A DNA stretch of 41,570 bases from an uncultured Methanomicrobia archaeon (GCA_964355295.1 CAYHCZ010000005.1:1-41570), one strand, 5' to 3'; shown: positions 1 to 10,285, counted from the stretch's first letter. Numbers and translations: made by a program. The notes: generated by a model from the sequence alone, not told the origin.

Positions 1-5
1 GTTAG

Positions 6-515
6 GTGGCGGAAAGTATATATCACAAGGTCAGACACCTCGCTAGTATGCGGCGTAGGCTTCTTGCAGCGGTGTTCATTTGTGCGTTCATCGTCTTAGC
101 AGCGTATTACGACGTAAATGTCACATACCACCTTAATTACCCGCGTGAGAACGAGGTGAACCCTAACTACGAAGCGTACGTCGGACGCATGGTCACGATA
201 TCGGGCAGAGTCGTCTCAACGAGCGCTCAGTCGTTTGAGCTTGCATCGGATCAGAACACATACACGATCTTCTCACCGAAGGTAGTGCAGCCGGGAGACT
301 CCGTTGTCGTCATCGGCACGCTCGAGTCTGGACGCCAGCTACACCCGGCGTCTGTTTACAGATCACCATGGATCCTCCAAACCCTCGTCTACGTCCGGTC
401 GTTTGTTGCGCTGATCTTCGTGACCGTGCTCTTTTTAGTAAGCTGGCGATTTGACCGGCGAGGGTGGGTGATACGACCGCGGAAGCCGGTCACACAAAAG
501 CAGGGTGGTGCGTAG
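6..515 (+). CDS. Membrane protein with OB-fold-like extracytoplasmic domain (hypothetical)
   Basis: N- and C-terminal hydrophobic helices flank a beta-rich segment (YVGRMVTISGRVV...PGDSVVVIGTL) that resembles OB folds; start uncertain. Confidence 0.6.
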   Translation: MAESIYHKVRHLASMRRRLLAAVFICAFIVLAAYYDVNVTYHLNYPRENEVNPNYEAYVGRMVTISGRVVSTSAQSFELASDQNTYTIFSPKVVQPGDSVVVIGTLESGRQLHPASVYRSPWILQTLVYVRSFVALIFVTVLFLVSWRFDRRGWVIRPRKPVTQKQGGA

Positions 516-516
516 C

Positions 517-1023
517 ATGGACTGGATGGCACACGTTGCGTTTATCTTTATTCTCTGTTCGCTTCTCGCGCTCAAGTGGCCCGTGTTCGGCGGACGCAAC
601 ACGGTGCTCGTTATGATCGGTGCCCTGCTGCCGGACATCTTCAAGCTATATCTACCGTTGCAGCTCTTCGGGGTTCACGCTGGAGATGTACTAATGCTCT
701 TCCATATCCCGGTCGGCACCCTCCTCGTATGCGGGTTCGGTGCCCTCCTGTTCGAAGAGGGAACGCGTATCCGCGTGTTCCTGTTGCTCGCCTTCGGGAT
801 GGTCACGCATTACGCACTCGACGCACTGTTAATCAGTGTGACAGGGGGGCTCTTTTTAGCGTTTCCGCTAAGCTGGGAGACGTGGCAGCTTGATCTCGTA
901 CGGCCTGACAACTGGCTTGGGACGACGATTCTGGTCGCCGCTGCCGCTCTCGTGTGGCTTGCGTTGAAGGTCAAGAACCGCGCCGAGCAGCCGGTAACGG
1001 ATGAGCTGACCGGAGACGCTTAG
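517..1023 (+). CDS. Inner-membrane metal-dependent hydrolase (YdjM-like)
   Basis: MDWMAH start; GALLPDI, FH and HYALD motifs; several TM helices. Confidence 0.7.
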   Translation: MDWMAHVAFIFILCSLLALKWPVFGGRNTVLVMIGALLPDIFKLYLPLQLFGVHAGDVLMLFHIPVGTLLVCGFGALLFEEGTRIRVFLLLAFGMVTHYALDALLISVTGGLFLAFPLSWETWQLDLVRPDNWLGTTILVAAAALVWLALKVKNRAEQPVTDELTGDA

Positions 1024-1078
1024 GTCGTGTGCGTACCTAACCGATGTGTTACGCTTTCGCATGACCGCGCTCTAACCG

Positions 1079-1137
1079 TAACAAAACTTAACAAAAACTT
1101 AACCAAAGGTTAACCAAAAGTTAACCAAAACTTAACC
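1079..1137. repeat. Tandem ~11-bp repeats (consensus TTAACCAAAAC, ~5 copies), iteron-like
   Basis: Read directly: taacaaaact taacaaaaact taaccaaaggt taaccaaaagt taaccaaaact taacc; an AT-rich tract follows at ~1221-1270. Confidence 0.8.
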
Positions 1138-1468
1138 ATCTCCACGTCACCGATAGTATATCGTTACGCGCAGCAGGCACCCCCGGCGTGTCCTGCCGAC
1201 AACGATCGAAGCATTAGATGACTTATTATTATAAAGTTATATTTATAATTTTAATCAGATTTTATTTTGTCTGCACATCAGTAGGTTAACGAGGCCACCT
1301 CAGAAAGAGACTGTATGTCACGCTACACCGCGCGGTGACGCACACATTTGTCGAGCAGATGAGCGCGTGAGGTCGCCAGTTACGCATCAGTTAAAACAAG
1401 CGCATTCTGGGTATATCGATGGAAAAACCTTATATATGCTCAACATGAATTTTATGAAAGTGATTTGA

Positions 1469-2059
1469 ATGAACATAGTAGATGTCACCGATAAACTCCG
1501 CACGCTCGGCGTGACGATCCCCGCTGGGACGATCCGCCGGTGGTCAGCAGAAGGGCTTCTTCCTGCCCCCCAACGCGTGCAAAACCCGGCCGGGCGCGGG
1601 CGGCTGAGCGATTGGCCCGACGCCACCGTGGAAGAGGCGGCCGCGGTGTGGGCGCTGCGCCATCTGAACACTAAGGTCGCCGCACCGACGGTTGACGTCA
1701 TCGTGCAGGTCAAGCGGCTCGTTTCTTTGGTGTACGACGCTCCGTGGGAGCTGCGCACCTGGGCGGTCGCGCCTGATGGGAAGCGGGGCATCTACCTTGG
1801 CTCTCCGGCCCTCCATCCGCACCTCCTGCTCTGGGTTATCACCGTGGAGAAGGTGCGCCATTACTGGCCCATCGTGAAGCCGGCCCGCGTCACGATGGTC
1901 TGGACGCGGGAGGTTGCGCCTGACGGGACGCGAGCGATGCGGTTTGAGGGCATAACGCTTGCAGAGGCCGACGCGGACGGGTTTCGGATCACGCAGAAGG
2001 CTGGCACACGAACAGGTATGGAGTTGATACTTGATGAAAAAGAAGATGTTGAACAATAG
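1469..2059 (+). CDS. MerR-like helix-turn-helix protein
   Basis: GVTIPAGTIRRWSAEGLLPAP is a MerR/excisionase-type HTH signature; TATA-like CTTATATAT at ~1429-1437. Confidence 0.6.
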   Translation: MNIVDVTDKLRTLGVTIPAGTIRRWSAEGLLPAPQRVQNPAGRGRLSDWPDATVEEAAAVWALRHLNTKVAAPTVDVIVQVKRLVSLVYDAPWELRTWAVAPDGKRGIYLGSPALHPHLLLWVITVEKVRHYWPIVKPARVTMVWTREVAPDGTRAMRFEGITLAEADADGFRITQKAGTRTGMELILDEKEDVEQ

Positions 2060-2209
2060 AAAAGACGAATTGATTGACGAAAATAAAGAAGCGATGCCCA
2101 TGCGTGCGACGTTGCATGCGGTGGGCGGCGCTTCGTGTGGTATGTGCTCCACGGCGAGCGCCACACAGCTGCTGTACGTTAAACGCTCGTGTAGCGAAAG
2201 GGGTGCGAC

Positions 2210-2713
2210 ATGAAAGACCCCGATGTGCTATTTACATTTCTTAACGAGCGCGCAAAGGGAAGGTCACTCAGCTCGATTGCAAAAGAGGTCGGGGTGTCGC
2301 GACAAACGCTTGCTAACTGGGAACGAGAGCACGAAGAGGAGGTCCAGAACCTACGGGCGATGGAGCTCGATGCCCTCGCGGAAGCGTACTGGATGAAAAT
2401 GCAAGGGCGCATCAAGCTCATCGGCGAGTCACTTCGGCGCGTTGAGGAGGAGCTCGAACAGCGCGACCTGTCTAAAGTCCCGACGGCAAAGCTATTTGAG
2501 TTAGAGCTTAAGCTGGTCAACGAGTTGAGAAAAGAGCCTTCTACGGTCTCTATCCTAAGCGAGGAACAGATTGAACAAGCAATACTCCACAGAGACATGT
2601 ACGACTTCCCCAGCAGCGTTTATGATCCTAAGCCCAAGCGGCGTACGCCGTTGTTCCTATTGGAGGAGTACAACGAGGTCGAAAAGCAGCACGGCGGCGC
2701 AGATTCAAACTGA
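2210..2713 (+). CDS. HTH domain protein (small-terminase/mobile-element-like)
   Basis: GRSLSSIAKEVGVSRQTLANWE HTH followed by a coiled coil. Confidence 0.65.
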   Translation: MKDPDVLFTFLNERAKGRSLSSIAKEVGVSRQTLANWEREHEEEVQNLRAMELDALAEAYWMKMQGRIKLIGESLRRVEEELEQRDLSKVPTAKLFELELKLVNELRKEPSTVSILSEEQIEQAILHRDMYDFPSSVYDPKPKRRTPLFLLEEYNEVEKQHGGADSN

Positions 2714-2856
2714 TCGGCGCTCGCGTGTTATTTGGCGCGCGCGTCAGTTTTTGTGAGCGCAAGCGTCATAGATGGCACATCGCCCTTCTTCGGGGGAGCG
2801 CACGGCTTTTTCAGCACACCTGATTAATTGGGCGTTTAGATATCGTCGGTCAAACC

Positions 2857-3300
2857 TCACGTTCCCGCTGTTTCGCCCAATGTTGCAAGCGGAACATAGG
2901 GCTGCTCTGATTCTCCAATAACTACTTTCCCGTCACTTTCCAGCCACGCATGTGCTTCGAACCCCTTTACCTCCCCCTCAGGCTTGGTCACCCCTACGTG
3001 GACGATAGTAGGATACCCGTAATGCGCGAGGAAGACCTGTCCAGCGAGCGCTTGGGTTAAACACGTCGCGCGGGGAACGTAGCAGCTGGCGATGCGCACC
3101 TCACGGGCAAGCTGCGCTGTAGTAGGCGCAACAGTACGTTTGTCACGTGGCGATGCAGTAATCCGCGAAAGCAGTGCCTGAAAACGCGGGAATCGAATTA
3201 CCGAGAGTCCGATTCTTACTCCCGCAACGATACAAAAAGCGCGAAGGAATCGTCGTTGCTCAGCTGACGTCAAAGAAATGAAACGACGAAAGTTACTCAT
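2857..3300 (-). CDS. Lasso peptide biosynthesis B2 protein (transglutaminase-like leader peptidase)
   Basis: ATCLTQAL (catalytic Cys) and FEAHAWLE (His) motifs; ATG at 3300 (MSNFRRF) overlaps the B1 stop. Confidence 0.93.
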   Translation of the reverse strand: MSNFRRFISLTSAEQRRFLRAFCIVAGVRIGLSVIRFPRFQALLSRITASPRDKRTVAPTTAQLAREVRIASCYVPRATCLTQALAGQVFLAHYGYPTIVHVGVTKPEGEVKGFEAHAWLESDGKVVIGESEQPYVPLATLGETAGT

Positions 3301-3592
3301 TATCAACGATGTCGATGAGGTCGTTTTTGGCGAGCTGCTGGAGGAGGGCGATGAGATCCTTTTCGCAGCGGTCGACTTCCACGTCGTACTCCTCAAGGAG
3401 GGTGTCGCGGACCTCTCGCACCGTCCGCGGCGTTTCTATGAGCTTCCAGATTCGTGCGCCGACGGGGTCTAACCCATAGTAGACGCCATCTTTGAGGTTA
3501 AGGATTGCCGCTTCATCCCCGAGATCGGCGGAGGCTTGTTCCTTTGACACAACGACGGTATTATCAAGTGTAATTTTAGTGTTGGTAACCAT
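3293..3592 (-). CDS. Lasso peptide B1 protein / PqqD-family RiPP recognition element
   Basis: 99 aa; DLGDEAAILNLKDGVYYGLDPVGARIWKLI and EYDVEVDRCEKDL are classic PqqD/RRE; adjacent to B2. Confidence 0.95.
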   Translation of the reverse strand: MVTNTKITLDNTVVVSKEQASADLGDEAAILNLKDGVYYGLDPVGARIWKLIETPRTVREVRDTLLEEYDVEVDRCEKDLIALLQQLAKNDLIDIVDNE

Positions 3593-3984
3593 AGTGCATC
3601 TTATCCGTGTACGCTGAGGACACTTTTAAAACACTTACGTCCGTATAGTTCATTCCGCCCCTTCGTATAAGTCTTTCTCGTATGTCAGCACGCCGGGCTT
3701 CTGGGACAACTCGACCACGCCAACGGCCTTGTCCGTGTAGATGTTGTGCCAGGGATCGCAACGAGGCCAAGCTATATCCCGCCCTTGTGCTTCCACCAGT
3801 TTACCTTCTTATGTGGCGTGGCGTGCTATCCTACACATTTTATTGTACCAAACAAGGTAAGGTATCTTCTGATGCGTGGCGCAATTTGAACCAGCTTTAA
3901 AGAGCGGCGCGTCGTGAACGGGTCACGGCCGTTTTGTGCGAAAAATAGGCAGTATTTATATGCTGAAGCATACTTTCTCCATCT

Positions 3985-4305
3985 ATGCAACAGCTAAAAG
4001 TGGGCGCAAGTATTATCACCGTTGCTTTGTTGGTTGGTACGGTCCTCATAGCTGGATGCACGTCAAATACTTCCAGCCAAAATTCAAATCAGAGCGCTAC
4101 CACGGCGGCGCTCACTAATCACTCAGTCACTGCGAATGCGACGAAGGCAGCAACACAAAGCGCTGTGGCAACTGCCCATTCGACCGCTGTAACAACACAG
4201 ACAACGGTAAAAGCCACGCCGACCCCACAGATAACGGTAAAAGCCACGCCGACCCCCTCTCGAGGCACTATAGCTCCTTCTGAGTCTCCATTTATTTTCG
4301 AATGA
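3985..4305 (+). CDS. Thr/Ala-rich lipoprotein, possibly truncated
   Basis: Signal peptide with lipobox LIAGC; S/T-rich linker; internal duplication TVKATPTP x2 (~4203-4257); TTTATAT upstream. Confidence 0.65.
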   Translation: MQQLKVGASIITVALLVGTVLIAGCTSNTSSQNSNQSATTAALTNHSVTANATKAATQSAVATAHSTAVTTQTTVKATPTPQITVKATPTPSRGTIAPSESPFIFE

Positions 4306-4531
4306 GGCTACACAATAAGCTCAATAAGCTATCCGGCTGAGTACTCGCGGTGTCAACCGTCACAGCCTGATGCAGTGAACAACACGCAGACGATAGCGCG
4401 TTCTAACGTTGCAGCGCTTCGTCGTCGAAGCTTGGCAGTCTAAACCTTAGCAAATTCGTAGCTGATGAACGATCTCAAAACGTGCCGATTCCAATGCGAG
4501 AGATCCGTTCGCGCTGGTTGTACGAGGTCGC

Positions 4532-4660
4532 TCAGCTAAAATGATAAATTGATCCGCCCTGGACGTCATCCCCAGCAGGTCCCAAAGATCGCGTTATCTC
4601 AGCAGTGGAACCAATGACCGTAAGCGAAGGCGTTTGATACGTTTTTTTGCTCGACTTCAT
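4532..4660 (-). CDS. Lasso peptide precursor A1: MKSSKKTYQTPSLTVIGSTAEITR|SLGPAGDDVQGGSIYHFS
   Basis: Hand-translated 42-aa ORF; leader YxxPxL...G...T(-2); core Ser1 with Asp7/Asp8, aromatic tail and C-terminal Ser; directly downstream of cyclase C1. Confidence 0.92.
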   Translation of the reverse strand: MKSSKKTYQTPSLTVIGSTAEITRSLGPAGDDVQGGSIYHFS

Positions 4661-4726
4661 TGCTACACGCCCCACGACAGGCTACACAAGCTTTGGCATA
4701 GTAAGGAACGTCAGCATCATGATGCC

Positions 4727-6667
4727 CTAGTCGATTATATATCTTGCTTTTCTTGTACGCGCATCTGACGCACGAGCGAGCCAGCACCGTAGCAGTGCTG
4801 CTTTAAAGAGTACAAGCTCACCACTGTTACAGCCGTTGCAGCATTGCTCGTATAGCCCACACAACTTTGCTGTATCCACATAGTCGCTAATGAGTGGGGG
4901 ACTGTCTGCGCACGTATCCTCCATGACGGCTCGATCGAAGGCAAGCAGACTCCGCCGCAAGTTGGGGGCTAGGTTTGACTTATCGCGGCGCCATTGAACT
5001 TCGGGGGGAAGGCACCCGCCTAAGGCACGTCGCGTGATTGAACGGGTCCATCCGTTTCTAACCTTCTGCTCAGTGGGCAGCGCGAGACAGAATTCGACGA
5101 GGCGTCGATCGAAAAAAGGATGGCGGATCTCGAGCGAGAAAGCCGCAGCGGCCTTGTCAGCGATCTCAAAGGCAGTCTGAATCCACGTGAACCTGAGCTC
5201 CTTTTTGTGCCATTCCCGCGCCATCCGGGATATCTGAGAGATCGTTAACGTGAGCGGTTCGCCGACGTCATCCAGGTGAGCTTTCTTGGCAAAATCAGAT
5301 CGTATGTAGGCCCGGTCAGGCACGCGTTGTATGCGACGCACCTTTCTCAACACCGTCGCGACCCTCTCGAGCGCGGTGTCGTGGATCAATGGGAGGGCCA
5401 CGAATTCCCAGAGGACGCGACGCCGTGTGACGCGCTTACGTGCGGCAAATGCGTCTAATTCTCGTCTGACGGCAGGCCAGTTGCGGGCGCACAGCAGTTC
5501 AACGAGAAACCCTCTGCCGTGTGAGACGGTCGTATCACCATCCTCGCCGTCGAGAAGCACCCGGACGTTCGCCTGGTGCGCGGCTTCAAGTAACGCCCAT
5601 TTCACGAAGAGGTTCCCCGCTCCGAACGGTTCCTCTTCGTGCCAGAGCATCTCGTCGCTTTGCATGAAGGGACCGAATCGATCGGGATGGACGTAGTGGG
5701 GGGCACAGTCGCCTTGATCGATGACGGCGTTTATGAAGGTGCGCTCGTCACATTGCGGCACGCTATCAAAAAGCGCTGAGAACGTGTGGAGTGGCAGTGA
5801 CGGCACGCTTCCGCGCGTGCCATCGTGTCTTAAGAGATCGCGGGCGACACACGTTACCGACGAGGAATCCAGGCCGCCGCTGAGCTCGGAGCCGACGGCG
5901 TTGGCACTCCGGAGGCGACAACGGACGGCTTCGGTGAAGATAGTAAGGAAGGCACGTTCGTACTCCTCGTCGGTGTTGTAGTGGACTTCTCGAGCGACGT
6001 CGAGAGACCAGTAGGCACGCAGGTGCGCGCGGTCTGAAGTCACCGTAAGAGCATGGGCTGCGGGAAGGCGGAGGATGTCTTCGTAGAAGGTGCTGGCGCG
6101 GTCATCCTGAACAGAGGCGAGATAGCGGGCGATCTGCGCCTCGTTTGGCCGCCGTGGCACCTCGGGGAGGCAAAAAAGGCCCCTCATCTCTGAGGCGAAA
6201 ACAAAGAGCGCGTCAGAGCGATAGTAGTAGAAGGGCTTTACGCCCATGTGGTCTCTCGCACAAAAAAGCACGCGCCGTTCGTCGTCCCATATGGCAAAGG
6301 CGAAGTCGCCGAGGAGGTGTTCGGGACAGTGCTCGCCCCAGCGTTCATACGCGCTAAGAATAAGCTGACTATCGGTCAGGGGTGATCCAGCTGCTGTGAA
6401 ATGCAGTGCGGCGATGAGCTCGTCGCGGTTATCAATACGGGCATCGGCGGTGATGGTAAAGCGGGCGTCGTCGCTGGTGCACGGAAGGTGTTCGTGAAGG
6501 GATTCGGGAGTCGTCCAGAGCATGCGGTGGCCGAGGCCAACCTGGCCATGGCGCCAGGTGTCGGACCCGTCGGGGCCGCGATGGGCGAGGGCGTCGTTCA
6601 TCAGGCCAATGGCTGAGGGGTCGACTTTTCGGTCGTCGTGCACGTAGATGCCGGTGATCGCGCTCAC
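4727..6667 (-). CDS. Lasso peptide cyclase C1 (asparagine-synthetase-like isopeptide-bond-forming enzyme)
   Basis: Likely start GTG at 6667 (MSAITGIY, Ser in place of the glutaminase Cys); HRGPD, DARIDNR, SGGLDSSS, RHPFFDRR. Confidence 0.92.
   Translation of the reverse strand: MSAITGIYVHDDRKVDPSAIGLMNDALAHRGPDGSDTWRHGQVGLGHRMLWTTPESLHEHLPCTSDDARFTITADARIDNRDELIAALHFTAAGSPLTDSQLILSAYERWGEHCPEHLLGDFAFAIWDDERRVLFCARDHMGVKPFYYYRSDALFVFASEMRGLFCLPEVPRRPNEAQIARYLASVQDDRASTFYEDILRLPAAHALTVTSDRAHLRAYWSLDVAREVHYNTDEEYERAFLTIFTEAVRCRLRSANAVGSELSGGLDSSSVTCVARDLLRHDGTRGSVPSLPLHTFSALFDSVPQCDERTFINAVIDQGDCAPHYVHPDRFGPFMQSDEMLWHEEEPFGAGNLFVKWALLEAAHQANVRVLLDGEDGDTTVSHGRGFLVELLCARNWPAVRRELDAFAARKRVTRRRVLWEFVALPLIHDTALERVATVLRKVRRIQRVPDRAYIRSDFAKKAHLDDVGEPLTLTISQISRMAREWHKKELRFTWIQTAFEIADKAAAAFSLEIRHPFFDRRLVEFCLALPTEQKVRNGWTRSITRRALGGCLPPEVQWRRDKSNLAPNLRRSLLAFDRAVMEDTCADSPPLISDYVDTAKLCGLYEQCCNGCNSGELVLFKAALLRCWLARASDARTRKARYIID
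4735..4741 (-). promoter_or_regulatory. Putative TATA box for precursor A1
   Basis: Minus strand AAAAGCAAGA-TATATAA about 75 nt upstream of the ATG, inside the 3' end of C1. Confidence 0.4.
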
Positions 6668-6973
6668 GTCGTAGCTCCGGGTTCTGACCAAAGCAAACAA
6701 CCAGTCACGCGGTAGTACGCTCCGCGTGCGCGTCTCTGCCGAGATCCTTTTGGCAGCACGCTAACGTGGGTGGGCTTTAGCGTATGGCTCCCAGAAGAGG
6801 GGTGTTCGCTCAAGGTGCCATTCCACCACAAACCTTTGTTCATGTACGTATTAAAGCTTGATGCCGCGTGCGACGCGGCACTGTTCGATGGGCGTTTCGA
6901 CTCCTGCCACAACGCAGGAGAGGAGCGACCTGCATCAGTAGCGCGCACACGTTCGTCGAGGCGGTCGTACGGA

Positions 6974-7873
6974 TCACTCTTTGACGGTGTTCACTGCAGC
7001 CTCGACAAGCCGCACTGCCTGCGGAATCTCATCGAGGGAGGCCCCCGTGTGCAAGCGGCGGACGCTGGCGGTGCGGAGCACACTCGCGCACTGCACCATA
7101 TTCCGCACAGTGGCGTCCGGCGTGAACATCCTGTAGCAATACGAATGACTCACGAGTTGAATAAGGGCTTCGTGCGGCGTGAGCGTTTCGATAGAAGGGA
7201 TATTGCCCCGGCTGAGCACGAAGACGTGGTTTAGGGGTTGCCGTTCCGCGGAGAAACGGCCTGCCGCGTGAAATGCCCGCTTTTCAACGGTGGGCCCCAC
7301 CCGTTCGAGGCGTTGCGGATCGTACGAAAAGCGCTGCAGAGATTGCGGCCAGCAGTTGATTTGGGGGCACGCGGGAATGACGGTTGACGCGTGCGCGTCG
7401 ACCTCGATTGCAGTTACGTCATCAGCGATGACGTAACGCCCTCGGGCGTAGAACGCCAGCGCAACGGTCGATTTTCCCTGTGCGGAGGTCCCTACAAAAG
7501 CGACTCCCTCGCCGTTTATCGTCAACGCGCTCGCATGAAGCACAAGCCGCCCCCGTTGGTGAAGGAGGGCACCAAACCCTGCCCCCAGCACCACTGCCCG
7601 CAGGACAGGTACAGGGACTTCTTCTAGGGGATCGATGATGATTTCACGGCCGTCACGCATCATTAGCGTACCGACATCATCCCAGAAGCGGTAGATGCAC
7701 TGGTTAGTGACGCAGAAGTCTGGCCCAGAAACCGTTCCTTGACCACCTGTCGAAGGTATCTCGAGACGGCCTAGAGAGATGGTCACGTCGGCATTATCGC
7801 TGGCGCACGTCTCAAGAGTGGGAAAGGAAAGAGCTGAGCGCGTCCCTAGGCCGTATATCGTGTAGTGGAACAT
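6974..7873 (-). CDS. HPr-kinase-like lasso peptide kinase K1
   Basis: LHQRGRLVLHAS, Walker A GTSAQGKST, IADD; probable start MFHYTIYGL (the ORF extends to 7945). Confidence 0.88.
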   Translation of the reverse strand: MFHYTIYGLGTRSALSFPTLETCASDNADVTISLGRLEIPSTGGQGTVSGPDFCVTNQCIYRFWDDVGTLMMRDGREIIIDPLEEVPVPVLRAVVLGAGFGALLHQRGRLVLHASALTINGEGVAFVGTSAQGKSTVALAFYARGRYVIADDVTAIEVDAHASTVIPACPQINCWPQSLQRFSYDPQRLERVGPTVEKRAFHAAGRFSAERQPLNHVFVLSRGNIPSIETLTPHEALIQLVSHSYCYRMFTPDATVRNMVQCASVLRTASVRRLHTGASLDEIPQAVRLVEAAVNTVKE

Positions 7874-8658
7874 TCGAATTGGTGCGAGTCGAGAGTACTT
7901 TTTGAACGTTATTCCCGTCAGTCTCTTATCTAAAACTTCAGTCAATATCTTTTTGCCGGGAACGCCAGATGAATCCCCTGTGTTCTGCTGGCGGTGCTCC
8001 GAGCGCTTGAGAAGGCATACGTATCCACCGCATTAATCTTTTTTCTTGTCACCGTCTCATTATGCACTGCTTCCCCGCTGATTCTCCCTCTTTGCGGATG
8101 TCCGTGCCGTCCCTCAGGTAGTAGTAGATGCAAACAGATTCTGGCGCGACGAAGCAGGCCCTTTAAACTCTCGTTGGAGACGCTCACGGTGCCGATCACA
8201 GAGCTGATCGCAGGCATAACAGGTTCGCGCAGAAAGGCTTCGAGATATTCGAGTCGGTGAGCCAACGCTCGACAACCACTACCTTCCCGAGCATAAACTC
8301 TCCCGCGCGTCCCGCGGACGCGGTCGTCGTACCTGCCGCAGGCGCTGACGGTCGGAATAGGGGTCGATCGGCAAGGTGCTCGACGTGAGCACGCGTTCAA
8401 GCGCATCGCAATCGAAGGTGATAGGACCGTGCCGAAAATCGGAGAAAAGGTCGCCGTGTCTGTCCGCATTAATGATGTCCTAAAGGAATGCATCAAAAAC
8501 GCTTGAGCAACATCGTAGCACCGTTGTACGTTCACTTAAAGGTGAAGAAGAGTACGGTTGATGTTTCGCCTCGCGCCGCTTCAGTAAAGCCGCTGCCACT
8601 GTAGAAAAAGAGAAAGGAAATAAGGGGAGGGAGCACGGGCCCTACCCCACCATCACCG

Positions 8659-9948
8659 TTATTTAGTCTCCGTGACGATCACCGTGATCGTATCACTCAC
8701 GCTCTCCCCATATATACTCGTCCCGGCAAAGTGTGCCCGTATGGAGTAATACGGATTTTCTGCTGTATTTGCTACGGTAATGTACCCTCTGAAGCTGTAC
8801 TGCCCCTGCGGGCCGGTGACCTTGTCCAGGCTGATGCGGTACCAGTCACCGTTATACAATGCCTCGAGGTAGACGGGCTGCCCGGCGAGGGGCCCCGTAT
8901 CCGTGCTGTGTGTGCCGGAGATGGTGAACTTGCCGTTCTTCGTTTCGGTTGTTTGGTGATTGCCGTTTACAATAGCGGTGAGGGTTGTCGGTCCCTTTGC
9001 GGTGACCGTGACGGTATCAGGCGTACTTGATGCTCCATAATGGTCGGTCACGATCTGGGTAAAGACGTAGTAGCCTGCCTTGTCCGGCGTGAAAGTGGGA
9101 TACTGTGCCGTCGTGTCGATGATGATGGCGCTTCCGGCCGGTTTCTTATCTACGGTCCACGCGAAGCTGAGCGGGTAGTGGTCGCCGGGGTCATACACGC
9201 CGCCGCCTAACGTTACGAGCGTGTTGACGGTGACTGTCTGATCTTGTAACGCGTTTGGGACGGGTGGCGCGTTCGTTGCCGTTATCGTGACGCTGTCTGG
9301 CGTGCTCGAAAGGCCGAGGTTGTCCGTCACGGTGAGGGTAAAGACGTAGTCGCCCACTTTGTCCGGCGTAAATGAGGGGCGCGAGTCAGTCGGGTTAGCG
9401 AGCGTGATGGAGCTTCCGGCCGGTTTCTTATCTACGGTCCACAAGTAGGTGATCGGAAGGTGGTTGTCAGTTTCATGGCTCAAGTCTCCGACTAACGTCT
9501 TGCTGTGGTAGATCTCCAGCGATGAATCGGGTCCAGCCTCTGCGACGGGCGGTATGTTCGTTGCCGTTATCGTGACGCTGTCTGTGTCACTTAACCCGCC
9601 AGTATCGGTCACGATCTGGGTAAAGACGTAGTTGCCCACCTTGTCCGGCGTGAAAGTGGGATATTGTGCCGTAAAGCTCGAGAGGGTAATGGTGCTTCCG
9701 GCCGGTACGTTATCTATGGTCCACATGATGGAGAGCTGCCAGGGCCAATCTTCGATGTCCGAGATCCCCCCGCCTAACGTCACGGGGGTGTTGACGACGG
9801 TGACTTCCCGACTATCTCCCGCTTCTGCGTGGGGTGACTCGTTCGCCGCTGCAGTTATCGTAGATCCCACAAAGATCGAGAGCATCATCATCACTACAAC
9901 TGCCGCGCCCAGTGCTCTCGTCAACCTTTTTTTGCGCGTTTTATTCAT
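8659..9948 (-). CDS. Secreted PKD/Ig-like repeat surface protein
   Basis: Signal peptide; three PKD-like repeats (W...PAGS...TFTPDKxGxYVFT...D.VT.TA); C-terminal Big-like domain; pyrimidine-rich terminator-like tract at ~8604-8627. Confidence 0.85.
   Translation of the reverse strand: MNKTRKKRLTRALGAAVVVMMMLSIFVGSTITAAANESPHAEAGDSREVTVVNTPVTLGGGISDIEDWPWQLSIMWTIDNVPAGSTITLSSFTAQYPTFTPDKVGNYVFTQIVTDTGGLSDTDSVTITATNIPPVAEAGPDSSLEIYHSKTLVGDLSHETDNHLPITYLWTVDKKPAGSSITLANPTDSRPSFTPDKVGDYVFTLTVTDNLGLSSTPDSVTITATNAPPVPNALQDQTVTVNTLVTLGGGVYDPGDHYPLSFAWTVDKKPAGSAIIIDTTAQYPTFTPDKAGYYVFTQIVTDHYGASSTPDTVTVTAKGPTTLTAIVNGNHQTTETKNGKFTISGTHSTDTGPLAGQPVYLEALYNGDWYRISLDKVTGPQGQYSFRGYITVANTAENPYYSIRAHFAGTSIYGESVSDTITVIVTETK
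8678..8968. repeat. Domain-encoding repeat, copy 1 (copy 2 at 11615..11890)
   Basis: High nucleotide identity by eye; copy 1 carries 15 extra nt. Confidence 0.85.
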
Positions 9949-10285
9949 CTTTCTCTCTCGGAATTTTAGTCAAGCGTTCGCCGTTGCGCCTTGTTCAATG
10001 TTAACAAGTAGCATACGTGTAACGGCAAATGTAATTAATGTGAAATTGACGCAAACAGCGAATCTAAATTGTATAATGTGTCGTTATTGCCGTTAAAGTT
10101 TGCTATCAATTACGTGTAGCAGCGTTGTGTCACAACGATGATAACAACGTGAGGCCGTAAATCGTGTGCTACATCGCCAGGCTCAAGACGAGGTTGATGG
10201 GAGGAAAGGATCAGGTCGGTGGTCTCATGATGGTGCCCTCGCGTTTCTAGTCGTGCCTAAGGGATTAAATGGTCATAAAAGCGAT

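Noticed and set aside
1079-1137. CRISPR array
   Set aside because: Units are ~11 bp, with no spacers and no cas genes
3301-3396. N-terminal extension of B2 (ORF 2857..3396)
   Set aside because: Lies inside B1 in another frame; ATG at 3300 gives a normal B2 with translational coupling
4599-4787. 62-aa ORF from the ORF track
   Set aside because: Shadow frame overlapping the C1 end and precursor A1
7942-8535. 197-aa ORF or possible glycosyltransferase remnant
   Set aside because: No coherent motif; only a vague resemblance
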